From: Octopus sinensis
Lineage: Eukaryota
Length of the DNA: 64,000 bases
NCBI RefSeq assembly: GCF_006345805.1
Contig: NC_043005.1
Coordinates: 48,918,001-48,982,000 of the forward strand
Direction: 5' to 3'
Shown: piece after piece, positions 1 through 14,199 of the stretch
How positions within the stretch are numbered: position 1 is the first letter of the stretch
Layout: each line of letters begins with the position of its first letter
Notes under the pieces: model-generated
Database searches by the model: none
Told to the model about the DNA's origin: nothing
The model's input: the letters and a program-made list of their open reading frames with translations, nothing else
Made by a program: the position numbers and the translations under genes

Positions 1-113
1 GTATGTAAAAGCTAAACAATCATAATGAAGAAGACAAGTTTAAGTTCAAATTCATTTGAGTACTATCATGTGCTTGCTGTAACTGCGCATACTCTGCTCT
101 CACATATTGTCTA

Positions 114-146
<33 letters not shown>

Positions 147-1046
147 ATAATATATATATATATTATATACATATATATATATATACACATATATAATATA
201 CATAACATATATATATATATAGATACCACACATATAATATATATATACATATATATATATATTATCATCATCAATCATCATCATCGTTTAATGTCCGTTC
301 TCCATGCTAGCATGGGTTGGACGGTTCGACCGGGATCTGGGAAGCAGAAGGCTGCACCAGGCTCCAGTCTTATCTGGCAATGTTTCTACAGCTGGATGCC
401 CTTCCTAACGCCAACCACTCTGTGAGTGTAGTGGGTGCTTTTTACGTGCCACATACAATATATATATATATATATATAGACTATACCATACATATATATA
501 TATACATATATATATACACATATATTATATACATACATATATATATATACATACATATAATATAATATATATATGTATATATGGATATATGTAACTTATG
601 TATATATTTTTATGTCTATATGTATATATATCACACACACAACACACACACACACACAACTCACACATACATGCATGTGTGTGTATGTGTGCTCTCAAAG
701 CCACTCACCTGATGACATGCCAGTACACAACTGCTGCTGGATCATATTCATATAATATTTATATAATGATCTGTATAATATGGAAAACTAAACAATTAAC
801 TGCTGCTACTAATGCAAAGAAACAATTGTTGTGGTTTGTGATTAAAGGAGATATGATGCCTGAGGAGCTATGAAACTATAAATTGCTATTAAAGAATATA
901 TATATAAATAAATTAATGTAAAATGTATTAGAGATCTTTCGCAGCCTATCTTGAAAATCAGTTTTACAACTCGGTATTAGATAACCAGATATTATATATA
1001 TGCAAGTGAATATGTTTTCTGGCTTATGGATTCTTAGAGACGCATG

Positions 1047-1081
<35 letters not shown>

Positions 1082-1674
1082 ATGTGTGTACATGTGTACA
1101 TATATATATGCATATATCTTTGTGTGTGTGTATATATGTATGTATGTATGGATATATATATATATAAATATATATATCATAACATATGTTTCTGTACCTC
1201 ATACGTTCATTAGATAATAATTTTCCATATTCATAAGATTTTACTTAAGATTATTCTTAACTTTTATGCATTTGAAATTTTTTTCAACTTCATTAGGAAG
1301 GGCATCCAGCTGTAGAAACATTGCCAGATTAGACTGGAGCCTGGTGCAGCCTTCTGGCTTCCCAGAACCCCGTCCTAACCCGTCCAACCCATGCTAGCAT
1401 GGGAACGGACGTTACGACATGATTTGATGATGAGTTCAATGTGCTTCCTCAGGTGTCACATTCTTGTTTCTGCAATCCAGATCTACCAGCTTTAAGGACA
1501 TTCTATTAGATTACCCTAGAAGATGGAATTAACAGGTGGAAGCCGACAAAGAGAAGCAAGGATCTTTTACGAGTACATTCTGAGGGGTTTTTTCTCAAAC
1601 AAAACTTAATGGATATATACATATATATATATATATATCCATGAGTTTGTGTGTGTGTGTGTGTGTGTGAGCAG

Positions 1675-1708
<34 letters not shown>

Positions 1709-2070
1709 GTGTGTAAATATGCATGCATGAACAGTTAAATTAAAAATTAAGAACAAACTCCTGGTGACTTTAGATTTTAAGGCAATGATGAATTTTATTA
1801 TTGTAATCATAATATCCATTTTTATTATCTGACAGTACAGTACATCATGACCACAACGGCTTTGAAAATCAATTTCGTCCATTATATTCCTCCCCTTCCT
1901 CTTCCTCCTTCTCCGCCTCCTTTTCATCACCATCTACATCATCATCATTATCATCAGCATAATCATCCTTCTCCTCTTCCTCCTCACCCCCATCCTCATC
2001 ACCATCACTTGACATTTTCATCATTTTTGTCTTCATTTTCCCCATCATATTCATAATAACAGATATTAAC

Positions 2071-2116
<46 letters not shown>

Positions 2117-3619
2117 AATCGCAATAACAACAACAACAACAACTGCCATTTTTGAATACTGATATTCTTAATGCTGCCATGACTCTTGCGGTGACAGTCA
2201 AAAGTTAATAATGTGTTCAAATACCGCTTGGGTGCCCTCTTTGCATTTCTCCCCCCTTTTGCAGGATTTATAAAACAATCTACTCAATGTACCATCTTGT
2301 GAGGGTGGAGAAGGGTTCACTGACTCATTCAATTAGACCTTAACTTGAAAAAATTTGTGGCCTGTTGCCTAAGTTAAAAACTCATCATCATCATCGGTTT
2401 TGCTATTATTAAGGTGGATGAGCTGGTAGAACCATCAGTGTTTTTTGGATAAAATGCATAATGGCATTTCTTCTGGAGCTTTATGTTCTGAATTCAAATT
2501 CCATCGAGGTCGACTTTGCTTTTACTTTTATCCTTTCGGGGTTGATAAAATAAGTACTAGTTGAGCACTGGGATGAATATGACTGAGCAGATCCCCACCC
2601 TCAAAATTTCAGGCCTTTTGCTTATTGTATTAATATTATTATCCTTTAGGAGTTGATAAAATAAGTATCAGTCAAATACTGAGGACAGTGTTATCAACTA
2701 ACAACCACCTTCTTTCAAAATTACTGGCCTTGTGCAAGAGGTTTTGAGCTGACAGAAACGTTGGTACATAAGAAAAAATGCTTAGCAGTTTTTCTTCTGT
2801 TCCTGTATGTTTCAAGTTCATATTCCACCGAAATTGACTTCACTTTCCGTCTTTTCAAGGTCGATGAAATATGTACCAGTTGAGCACAGGGGTTGATGTA
2901 ATCAACTAAACCTTTCCTCCAAAACTCTAGGTCTTGTGCCTATAGTAGAAAGAATTATCATTATTATTATTATTATTATTATTTATTATGATTATTATTA
3001 TTATTATTATTATCATTATTAGTAAGGTGTTGAGCTGGCAGAATCATTAGCATGCCAGGTGAAATGCTTAGCAGTATTTCATCCATCTTTACATTCTGAG
3101 TTCAAATTCCGCCAAGGTCGACTTTGCCTTTCATCCCTTTGGGGTTGATTAAATAAGTACCAATTACACACTGGAGTCGATGTAATTGACTTAATCCCCT
3201 CATACTCAGTTGCATACTGAGTCAATCTAATCGACTGGCCCTCTCCCACAAAATTTCAGGCCTTGTGCCTATGTTAGAAAGGATTATTATTATTATTATT
3301 ATTACTATTATTACTATTATTACTATCATTATTATTATTATCGTTATTATTAGTAGTAGCATTATTTTTAAAGTAGTGAGCTGGCAGAATCATTAGCACG
3401 CTAGTTGGAATGCTTAGCAGTATTTTTATTGTCACTATGTTCTGAGTTCAAATTTCGCTGAGGTCGACTTTGCCTTTCATTTTTTTGGGGTCAATTAAAT
3501 AAGTACCAGTTATGCACTCAGGACAATGTAATCAACTTCTCCCTTCCCTCAAATTTCAAGCCTTGTGCCTATTGTAGAAAGGATTATCATTATTATTATT
3601 TTCATCACTATCACCATTG

Positions 3620-3650
<31 letters not shown>

Positions 3651-3897
3651 TATCATAGTAATTCTCTTTTTCCTACACACCATCATCACTGTCATTATCA
3701 TCATTATTTTCATCACAATTATCATCACCAATGACATCATTTATGTGTTTTGTATGTATCTATTGTCATTACAACAAGTTTCACAACTCTCCCTTGCCCA
3801 GCTCAACCTCTGCAAGCAGATAACATTGCATTATCAGCATCATTGTCAAACATATCATCACCATCATCATCAGTATCATTATCATCATCATCATTGC

Positions 3898-3952
<55 letters not shown>

Positions 3953-4350
3953 TTCAACTTTATTAGTAGAAATTACCAGCCTGCATCATTATTATTAACA
4001 TTATCGTCATTGTCATACTCACCATTATCATCAATGTCATCATTGATGTCATTCTTCATCACCATCATTATCAGCATCATCATCAGTACCAATAGCAGCA
4101 AGAAGGACCATTGCAAATAATGACAAAATGTGTTGTCATTCTTACAAAATGAAGGATGTCTCTCTATCTCTATCTCTCTCTCTTTCTCTTCCACACACAC
4201 ATACACACATATGCAAACATGCATAGGTATGAGTACATATATTTATACATATACACATGAATTTAAAAACACTCACTTATACATACCTATTTATCAAATA
4301 TGATTGAATATATAAAATATTTATATAAATACATACATACATATATATAC

Positions 4351-4410
<60 letters not shown>

Positions 4411-4457
4411 TATGTAAACATATCTATATCTATACATATATATACATGTATGTAGGA

Positions 4458-4502
<45 letters not shown>

Positions 4503-4722
4503 TTTTGTACATAGTATTATATTCATACATGCAGTAATCATTGAAAATGCATACATGTATTATGTATATATGCATGTATGTATGTGTATATGTGTACATA
4601 TGAACATACATACATTCATATATATATGCATACATACATGTAATATATATATATACACATATATATACATGCCACATATATATATATAATATTACATGCA
4701 TATATATTATATACATATATAT

Positions 4723-4758
<36 letters not shown>

Positions 4759-5697
4759 ATATATAGACATGTATACCATGTTTCTATGTATATGCGTGTA
4801 TGTGCATAAGTATGTAAGTGTGTCAAATTAATATTTGTAAGGAAAAAATTATTAATATATATATATATTAATTACTATGTGATTCAAAAATTGATGTATA
4901 TAATAGTTATAGAATTTTCCAGAATCATGTATTTGCTCTTACTACATACATCATCATCAAAGTATTTGAAAATATTGATTTGGGAATCTATTCATGTTTT
5001 TTGTTTTATTTTAGTTTCTGCTTTTGTTTTTTTTTTCTTTTCAAAATGGATTTTCGTTTTAAACTGTTCCAGTTTTCCAATTATTATTATTATTATGATC
5101 ATCATCATTATTATTATTGTCAATTAATAATTTTTTCAATTCAATAACCCTGTAAAAATGAATAATAATTACTCCACAGTCAAATTAATATTTTTTTTGT
5201 TTAATTTTATTTTCAGGTAATTTAATTTTTTTTTTTTTTTTCTCCCATCGCACTTCCACCCTACTTTCATTTTTAATTTTTACTTAAATTCCTTCACAAA
5301 CGATATCTACAATCTGACAACTGTGTTGGTTGTGGGGTTGTTTTTTTTTATTTTTGGTTATTCATTTTTCTTTTTTTTGATATAATATTGTATTTAAAAG
5401 AAAAACAAAAACAATTATTTTGTTGCTGCTGCTGGCTATTTGCAAAAAGAATTATCATTTCATGTGTTGGCGTTGTTTAACATACATTTCATATATATAT
5501 ATATATAAACATGCATACGTGCATAGATATATACATAGAAACATATGCATACATACATACATATAGATATATATGTATATTTACGCATTCATATATATAC
5601 ATACACACATGCTCACACATACACACACACACATATATATACATACATACTCACACATACACACACACACATATATATACATACATACATACATACA

Positions 5698-5728
<31 letters not shown>

Positions 5729-6468
5729 GATATATACATATACATGCAAACATAAATATATATATGTACGTTTGTGTGTACATATTTGACTACAACCAAA
5801 AAGTGTACTCAATGCATGTAGAGTATATATTCACTATGGGACAGCTGATGGTGCTTACCATTGCACATACATGCATGCATACACACACACACACACACAC
5901 ACATGCACACAAAATAAAAAACATGGAGACACACAAACATAACATAAATATTTTATTTAATAGTTTTTTTCTTGAACTTTTTGTTCCATTTTCATTTTTT
6001 GTTTTTGTTATTTTCTCTTTCTTTTTCTGTTTTATTGTTTTATTTTTGTTGTTGTTGTTTTGTTTTTCTAAATCCCCTTCACTGGTCCTGTGTAGCTTGT
6101 ATGGTTTCTATCGATGTCCATTTTAAACAGGAGAGTCTATTCAAAAAAAAAAAAAATTCAAGAAAAAGAAAAAACAAATAAAAGGATTTTGACTTCTATC
6201 TTTGGCATTGCGACTTATTCTGATATTCTTAAAATTTACATGAAATTTGTTTTCTATTTTTTCTGAAGCAAAGACTTGGTTGTTAAACTCTCTGAGACTG
6301 CTGATATTAATGCAGTTGACTTAACAATCACAAATACCCACACACGCACACACTCACATGTATATATATTTATATTTATATAGTTTATATATTGTATATT
6401 TACCTATTTATTTATATATATTATATATATACACATAGATATGTATGTGTATCCACATATATATATTA

Positions 6469-6517
<49 letters not shown>

Positions 6518-6848
6518 ACATATGAAGGTAGCAGTGCCTACCTAGAATAACATAGATCGATAGCAACATTACTTGTATGGCAAAATATGCACCTAATTCA
6601 ATAAAATTATGAAGATTACTTTGATTACAATGCATAAAATGCAAAATATTTTATTCTTTTGTAGATTAGATAAGCATAATTCACCCTGCCTTTAAATCTC
6701 AGTATTCTTTTCTACTCTAGGCACAAGACTTTGCTCACATTGTGTCATTCCTGAGAGGAGAAGGCCTTCAGGACATTCCACATTAGGCAGGTTGAAATGT
6801 CCCATGAGAAGTACACTGATGTGCACTTCTAGTTTGGTTAAGACCCTT

Positions 6849-6882
<34 letters not shown>

Positions 6883-8257
6883 TATATATATCTATATATA
6901 TACGAATTAGATGAGAATGGACTTCATTACCTTACAGCTGTTTCTGGTATAAGATGCAATGCACTCATAATTGAATGGTTGTGTATCACCCTATAGCTTC
7001 ATCAAAGCTTCAGACATGAAGTATGATTTTTAATTAAAAAAATTTTTTTAAGTGCAGTTCATGCTTGAAGCCCCAGTGAAGTGATAGGTGGTACACAAGC
7101 ATTCACATTGAGCACATTTCATCTTATTGCAAAAACTGAAATTACTATTCTCTGAAGAGGCATGGGTAATCTCTTTCAAAACGTGAGTCACATGAGACAT
7201 ATTTCATGATCAGTAGGATAGCACTACTAAAATATCCAATGTAATATTTTGCTAGACGTTCCAATCAGCAGGTAGCCCTCCACTGCACTAAAGCCTTGTT
7301 GTTGTAACTAGCTGCTCTGTCAGATGTGGTTTGTGTTTTTAACTCAATTCTTATAGATGATTGGTGGGGGTTAGAATTTATATATAAAGTGATACACATC
7401 AGGTTTTCATGATGTTTTCTAAAGGGTGTTACAAGCTTGTATCTAAATCTAAGATGACATACATCCAAAGAAACTTCTAAATGCTATTCTGAATATTTCC
7501 CAGTTGACAATATGCTACATAAGCCCTTTAATTGGCATAATGCCAAAGTGAGTTTCTTCTGCTTTTCCAGTGACAAACATTAAAGCACGTAATAAACAAC
7601 ATTAAACAACGACATGCATCTCTCAAAAACTATGCACCTTGTATTCATGAAAACGATTCTTCACTTGGGAATTACAGCAAAACCGCAGACAGGGGACATA
7701 ACTAGCTATATAATTGGTTATTTTGCGAGCTATGTCCCACGTGTCATAAATGCAATGTCACCAAATGTAATGCTACAAAGCAGATGTCCCTTCCTATCCA
7801 TCAGGGCTTGATATATACTAAATCCAGTATAAACCTAAAAAAAAAGAGTCATTATCAAATCACAATTCCATTTTCAAGTATGCAGTCAAGAGGAACACAC
7901 GTTTATCGAGCTATGTATGGTAACTAAAGGAAAGTCAGGCAAATTATAAGTATTCATTGTGGATTTTAGCTTGTAGAAGTAAATATATATTTTATTCATT
8001 GCAGCCAATTGGACAACAGTCATGCTGGGGCACCGCCTTGTAGAGTTTAGTTGAGTAAATTGACCCCAGTGATTATTTCTAAGTGTGGTACATAGTCTAT
8101 CGGTCTTATTTGCCGAACTTCTTGGTTACAGTTACGAGACTAAAATAAACCAACACAGGGTAAAACACAAACTCAAACCACAAAGACTCACGCACATAGG
8201 CATATACACACACACACATATATATGTTGTGTGTTGTTGTTGTTGTTGTTGTTGTTG

Positions 8258-8520
8258 TAGTTTAGTGAACGATGTGATCGCTGAGTATCGAAAGCACGAG
8301 TTCTGCTGTGTCAGATATGTCACAAGGTTCACAGACCACAGGTGAACCTGTGCAGTTGTCGAGTGGAAGCCAAGAGATCAGAAAATGCCACTTGGAAGGC
8401 CTCCGTGATGACGGGAAGATGATTTAGTTAAGCAATTTGTGTCAAGATGGAAAAGAATGGCGCAATCAAGGCAGAATTGGAAGCGCATTGTGACCAGCAG
8501 TGTATAACAGCATCTGATGA
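8258..8520 (+). mobile_element. RTE-clade LINE 3' fragment
   Basis: VNDVIAEY...VTRFTDHR*TCAVVEWKPRDQKMPLGRPP..WEDDL resembles the RTE ORF C-terminus; ends in a (GAT)n tail. Confidence 0.65.
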
Positions 8521-8544
8521 TATATAAATCGGATGATGATGATG

Positions 8545-8608
<64 letters not shown>

Positions 8609-8643
8609 GTGTGTGTGTGTATGTATGTATATATATATATATG

Positions 8644-8708
<65 letters not shown>

Positions 8709-9193
8709 CACAGTACGCCTATATTAACAGAATAAACCACGTGCAATCTCTGCAAGGAGGAGAGATTTAAAATCTTAAAGAAACAATATTCTCAATAGAA
8801 AGAGCGTATTAATTAGTAATTACCATTACAATTATCATTTCACCTCGCTGACTATAATAAAATAGTCGAACTGGATTCGACAGAAAAGCGACATCTCAGG
8901 GCAAGAGATTGTCAGAAGTACAAGAGGATCGAGTAAGGTGCCTAGCGATATCTGACCAAAACTTCTGCGTTCAAACAGCAACGCCTGCAACGCCACTTCT
9001 TGTGCTAAACTGTATCGGTTCACATCGACAGTCTTTCCTTTTGGATAAACATCTATGATGTCAAAGTAGAAAATTTGCGTGTCATGAGTAACTGCTAGTC
9101 TTCTTCAAAATGCCATGATCAAACCCGCACATACACGTGCATAAATATATATGCATGTATATGGGTATAAATATAGATGTATGTATGTGTATA

Positions 9194-9275
<82 letters not shown>

Positions 9276-9644
9276 ATATGTATGTATGAATGTATATGTA
9301 TGTATGCATGTGTGTATAATCGATACCGAAAGAAGCAGTGTTAATACTAATAGGTGATATTAATCTCCCACTAAAAGTGGAGGTTGTGTTAGAACACAGA
9401 ATACTGCCTTATTTACCATGAGAGAACCTCTCGTTTGGACTTGTGAGATATATTAGAACTCGTGTTAATATCGTTAACGGGCGATTATCATCTGCCGTGG
9501 CCGCAGAACAGTCAGATCAAGTGATTTCGGCCCCTTTCTTGGCCTTGTCGTTGGCAGATGTCTTGTAAGACACAGTAGCCGATTCCCCCATCAGCGATAT
9601 TTAGAATTTTAGTGTGTGTATGTGTGTGTGTGTGTGTGTGTGTG

Positions 9645-9693
<49 letters not shown>

Positions 9694-9700
9694 TGTGTCT

Positions 9701-9737
<37 letters not shown>

Positions 9738-10589
9738 GTGTGTAGCGAGAGAGAGAGATAGACAGATAGATGTAGCAATAAGATATTTCTGCGTGTGTGC
9801 AGAGTATTATGGCTTGGTAACGAATGAACACAAATTCCATTGAACTTTATTTTTTTAATTGCAAAAATATTTATTTTTTATCTTTAACAGCTAAATGCCG
9901 TCACCACGAACGACAAAAAAAAATGATGTTTACACTAGTAAGACGACAGTTCGAAGTTTATATGAAAATGTTGTAGGATCAGATATATATGTAGTTGCCG
10001 TCGTTCGGCAATATAATGACACAACACGTGTCTGTCCCTTCCTCCTTTTTCTCTATTCTGAACTTTTCCTCTTTGCGACGCAGAACCATGCTCGAAGCAT
10101 CATTTCCACTCCTATTATTCCATCTAAAACCTTCACTAAGCATAAATTTAATAATATTCCCTGTATACGTCCAATTGAGTTGTGTTGTTTTTTTCCAGCT
10201 TTTTATTTTTGGTTTCTTGAAGCTAGCTGGTTAGGGCGTGTTGCCGCCGCCGCCGCCGCCATCGTCATCGACCATTGTTTTAGTGCTGTGAACACTGCTC
10301 TGGTCTGCTTTCTGGTTCTCTGCTGTTATCTGATGTCTAGTAGCTAATGGCTAAAGCGCGCTAAACACATAGCTGATGTTCTTATCGGAAAAAGGCATGT
10401 CAAAACTTTAATCCTTTTGCACCAGAAATCTTGAATGGTTAATATTTTGATGAAATCAACAATGTTTGAGCCAACTGCGTTCGTACTACAGAGTTGTTGT
10501 TTTTTTTCATCACATAGTGATCTGAGTTCGATTTCTAAGTGTTTTACGATTGCGAAATATTCATGCTACACGTATATACATACACATAA

Positions 10590-10900
10590 TACATTGGTGC
10601 ATTTTGGTTTTGTGAGTGCAAATCTAAATAAGCTAGGGCTTTCAGAAAAGCAAATCAATCAGCTAATTTGTACAATACAAACACATTCTATAAGTGGAAT
10701 AGTAAAAATATGCAAGACTTTTCTTAAATTCAAAATGTAACATTTTTTTTTTTTTTTGCTGTCTACTTTCTAATGATAGAGCTTTGTATCTTTGTTAGAA
10801 ACCAGTTCCCTCCTTACAAAAAGACCTCAAATAATCAAAAATGGAAGAGAACACAGACACACACACACACACACACACACGCACGTTCACACGTGCACGC
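10590..10900 (+). mobile_element. Second 3' fragment of the same RLE LINE family, ending in (CA)n
   Basis: GFVSANLNKLGLSEKQINQLICTIQTHSISGIVKICKTFLKFKM* plus the shared 3'UTR ctttgtatctttgttagaaacc...aatggaaga, then acacac. Confidence 0.7.
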
Positions 10901-10989
10901 GCATACACACACATACACATGCGCACAGGCACGCACACACACACACCTGTATACGTAAGTATGTATGAATCTTGGATCTGCGTTGAAAA

Positions 10990-11430
10990 ATATATGTGAG
11001 GTCCTTAAAAGAAATGATTGGTGTAATACTGAATCAATCATTTTGCTGCTCCGGGTACGATGGATGGGTCGCTTGGTAAGAATGGAAGACTGCAAGCCTC
11101 CGAAGCAAATCTTGTATGGTGAGCTGGGGAATGGAAACCTCATAAACCTAAGTTGAGATACAACGGTTGCATAAAAGACATCCTTGAAGAAAACTAATAT
11201 CTCGGAAAAGAACTGGGAAGAAACCGCAAATGATTGGACAAGATAAAGGAAAGCAATGTATCACAGAAATGAGAACTTCAAAATACCTCGAAGAAATCAC
11301 GAAAAGTTTAACAGGGATACAAGAAAGGGTGTGGATGTGACATTTTCAGGAAATGTGAGAGACCAGAATGAGCTGACCAGCGATGAATGTGGAAGAGTCT
11401 GCTTCAGCCGAGAAGGACGGAAAAGTAGCA
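10990..11430 (+). mobile_element. RTE/BovB-like LINE 3' fragment
   Basis: LRVRWMGRLVRMEDCKPPKQILYGELGNG...ECGRVCFSREG; degenerate. Confidence 0.7.
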
Positions 11431-11557
11431 AAAGAAGTCAAGGACAGGGAGTTTCTTTGGATTATGCCATACAGAATATAACGTTCTGTGAATACGATAT
11501 GGTTTACCTAAAAGCTGGGGAAGGGGCTTGAAAGTGCATGATGTCCAAGGTCACTTA

Positions 11558-12020
11558 AGGCGGCGAGCTGGCAGAAACGTTAGCACGCCGGGCGAAATGC
11601 TGAGCGGTATTTCGTCTGCTGAAGGCGGTGAGCTGGCAGAATCGTTAGAACGCCGGGCGAAATGCTTAGCGGTATTTCGTCTGCCGCTACGTTCTGAGTT
11701 CAAATTCCGCCGAGGTCGACTTTGCCTTTCATGCTTTCGGGGTCGATTAAATAAGTACCAGTTACGCACTGGGGTCAATATAGTCGACTTAATCCGTTTG
11801 TCCGTCCTTGTTTGTCCCTTCTATGTTTAACCCCTTGTGAGTAGTAAAGAAATAGGTATTTCGTCTGCCGTTACGTTCTGAGTTCAAATTCCGCTGAGAT
11901 CTACTTTGCCTTTCATTCTTTCGGGGTCGATAAATTAAGTACCAGTTACGCACTAGGGTCGATATAATCGACTTAATCCGTTTTTCTGTCCTTGTTTGTC
12001 CTCTCTGTGGGTAGTAAAGA
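11558..12020 (+). mobile_element. Cluster of tRNA-derived SINEs, family A (ggcggcgagctggcagaa...gagttcaaattccgccgaggtcgactttgcc...)
   Basis: A-box/B-box-like head, with internal duplications here. Other family A copies at about 2410-2640, 3023-3280, 3373-3580, 16507-16710, 24042-24250, 24277-24550, 33476-33682(-), 36120-36336(-), 37889-38105, 42000-42228(-), 42876-43100, 52680-52910 and 54725-54938(-), usually next to (AAT)n. Confidence 0.85.
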
Positions 12021-12039
12021 AATTACTATTGAGATTAGA

Positions 12040-13100
12040 TTGTGTCACCTTGTCCCAGATCTTCTACACCTAAAGACCGAGATGAAACCAAACTCCTAGC
12101 AATTTAACCAGTCTGTCCATCCAGAAACCAACTGTTGGATGGCATGAACATACCTCTCCAGTTGCCGCGTTGTAGGTGCACCAACTTTTTCTGATTGATT
12201 TTGGCTCCTGTCACAGCCTCCTAATACCTTGGAGCAGTGGCAACCACATCAGTGACCTCAGTGTTCAATAATCTCTCTAGTTTACGCAGTAATGACACAA
12301 AAAGAGATAAGAGGGAACGACACTGGCGGACTGAGCGCATAATATTGAATGTTTTTTATAGGTGGTCATTCACCCGAACCATTGCAGCGATCCAGCCCCA
12401 GATTGGGTCAACCACCAAACTTGACGGCTGCTTGAGGACAGCCGTTAAGTTTTGTGGTTGAGCCAATAGAATGCTTTCGATTGATCTAAGATGATTAGGG
12501 CCCCGCATGATTCAGGGTCTTTACCCATACTCTGTAATGTATCACATAAAGTGGAGGTTGGATTTGATCGGGGTTGTACGTTTGTATTTTACCAGTAAGG
12601 CCACCAACAAGTGACAACCTCTTTTCAAAGAGTTGACCAAAATCTTTAACTCTGCGTTCAGCGGAGATATGGGCCAAAAGTTCTTAAGGAATTTCCCCTT
12701 GTCGCCATCCATTATTAACATCATTACCACTACCCGGTTCACAACACTGAGCATTCTTCTGTTCTTCCACCAATTGAAGTAGACCTCTACAAAAAGCTCA
12801 ACAAACAAGTCTGAAATGTACACATAGTATCCGTAGAACAGTATAACAAAACTGAGTGATTTGCACCTTGTGCAACTGTTCATCGTCTCCATCATTTGGT
12901 TCCATCGGGCAACTTTTGCGTCCTCGAATTTTGGAGCATGACTACCCCAACTCTGACACAGCGTATTGAAGAAATGATTGAAGTCTATTCTCCCTGTTTT
13001 CTCGCTATACCTTAAGTAATCACCTCAGTACCAGTACCATCAGCTACAACAAACCTCTCTGAATCAAGGATCTTGCTGAGCAACTAAGTTGAGGCGAGAA
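12040..13100 (-). mobile_element. L1/Tx1-like reverse transcriptase fragment (degenerate)
   Basis: KNFWPISPLNAELKILVNSLKR, GALIILDQSKAF, EAVTGAKINQKK, VKLLGVWF found in shifting minus-strand frames. Confidence 0.75.
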
Positions 13101-13599
13101 ACCAAACCAAAAAGGCTTGTGACAGTAAAAAAAGAAAGATGGGAGAAAATAGCTACTCCAACAGGAAAGCTGGTATATTTAAGGTAGATGTAGATGTCTC
13201 CATGCTTACAACGCATAACAACATTAAAAACAGCCTCAACAACAACAACTTAAACGAGCATTACAATAAAAAAGAATGAACAAAATCATCTATAAGATCA
13301 ACAGCAACAACAATAAAACAGACAAGAGGAATCGTCGTCCTACTGTTGTTTAAAAGAGCAGCACTGAATTGATAGAGGAAAATTGAGTGAAAGTATAGTT
13401 ACCAATGGGAAAGGCTTTGAGGAGCTCCTCCCACAAACTCCCTAAAACAGTCTACTGATCCAAAACTGCCAAACATACAGTTAAAGGGAAAACTATCACT
13501 TCGACGTTGGACTTTTTAGAAAGAAGTCCCTCAAAAATATTTTAGAAATATCTTTCGATAATTCCTCCTCGACCAACGAGAAGAGCAGATCAAATGGTC

Positions 13600-13990
13600 T
13601 TCTCGAGGATTAAAGTGAGTGGCCTATATATTTTTCACCAATTAAAATGGCTGTACATAGAGTTGGTAGCTGGGAAGCAAGGTTACTTGTTCAACAAGCA
13701 CAGATCACTAAGCTAGCCATTATCGAAACCATGATCTCTACAGGACTCTCACTCAAACTCATTTTCGATTACTATACAGTGCACTCACCACGCTGCCAGA
13801 CGGGATTGGGTGGTGGGGTGGCAGTGTTATTTTGGAAATCTTTAGATCTCAAGGAACACACAAACCTCTTGGACCCAAACGGTAAGAAGGTGGTTCTACA
13901 CGAGACAAATGGCCGTTTATGATTCCACAGGAGCATGATGACTCGATTTCTTTAGACATTTAGCTTTTTTGGGTGGTATCCTGATCTCAT
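13600..13990 (+). mobile_element. L1/Tx1-like APE endonuclease N-terminal fragment
   Basis: LAIIETMIS...IFDYYTVHSPRCQTGLGGGVAVLFWKSLDLK...LDPNGKKVVL matches the start of an APE domain (.QET, GGGVA.L). Confidence 0.65.
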
Positions 13991-14199
13991 GTGCTAATAT
14001 GGTGGGGGGGGGGACTTACATTTTAGACGCATAATAGAACTGTATTGGGCTAACGGATATGAAAAGGTTAAAAAGACCCGAAAACTTGCAATGAAATATA
14101 AGCAATGATTTAATTTTCAAAATTTTCAGTGGCATTTACCACTATTAACTACATGAGACGATTTTTTGCTGCTTTATTCCTTGATACCTTTCTTTAGAA

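Noticed and set aside
20-6644. Numerous low-complexity ORFs (YIYI, HTHT, poly-H/S/I/N), here and throughout the window
   Set aside because: They are translations of (TA)n, (CA)n, (CAT)n and (AAT)n microsatellites, with no domain content.
6900-7500. Possible Penelope-like remnant with a degenerate hammerhead (TTGATGA...GAAACAGCTGTA on the minus strand) and a Cys-rich GIY-YIG-like peptide
   Set aside because: Too degenerate to call without an alignment.
8835-9060. Minus-strand ORF with faint mariner-like words (IIDVYPKGKTV)
   Set aside because: Catalytic motifs are not recoverable; it does not fit the SLC35F exon chain either.
9895-10347. 150-aa plus-strand ORF and a CpG/GCC-rich stretch that could be a neighbouring promoter
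   Set aside because: No recognisable domain, splice context or partner exons; cannot be supported from sequence alone.
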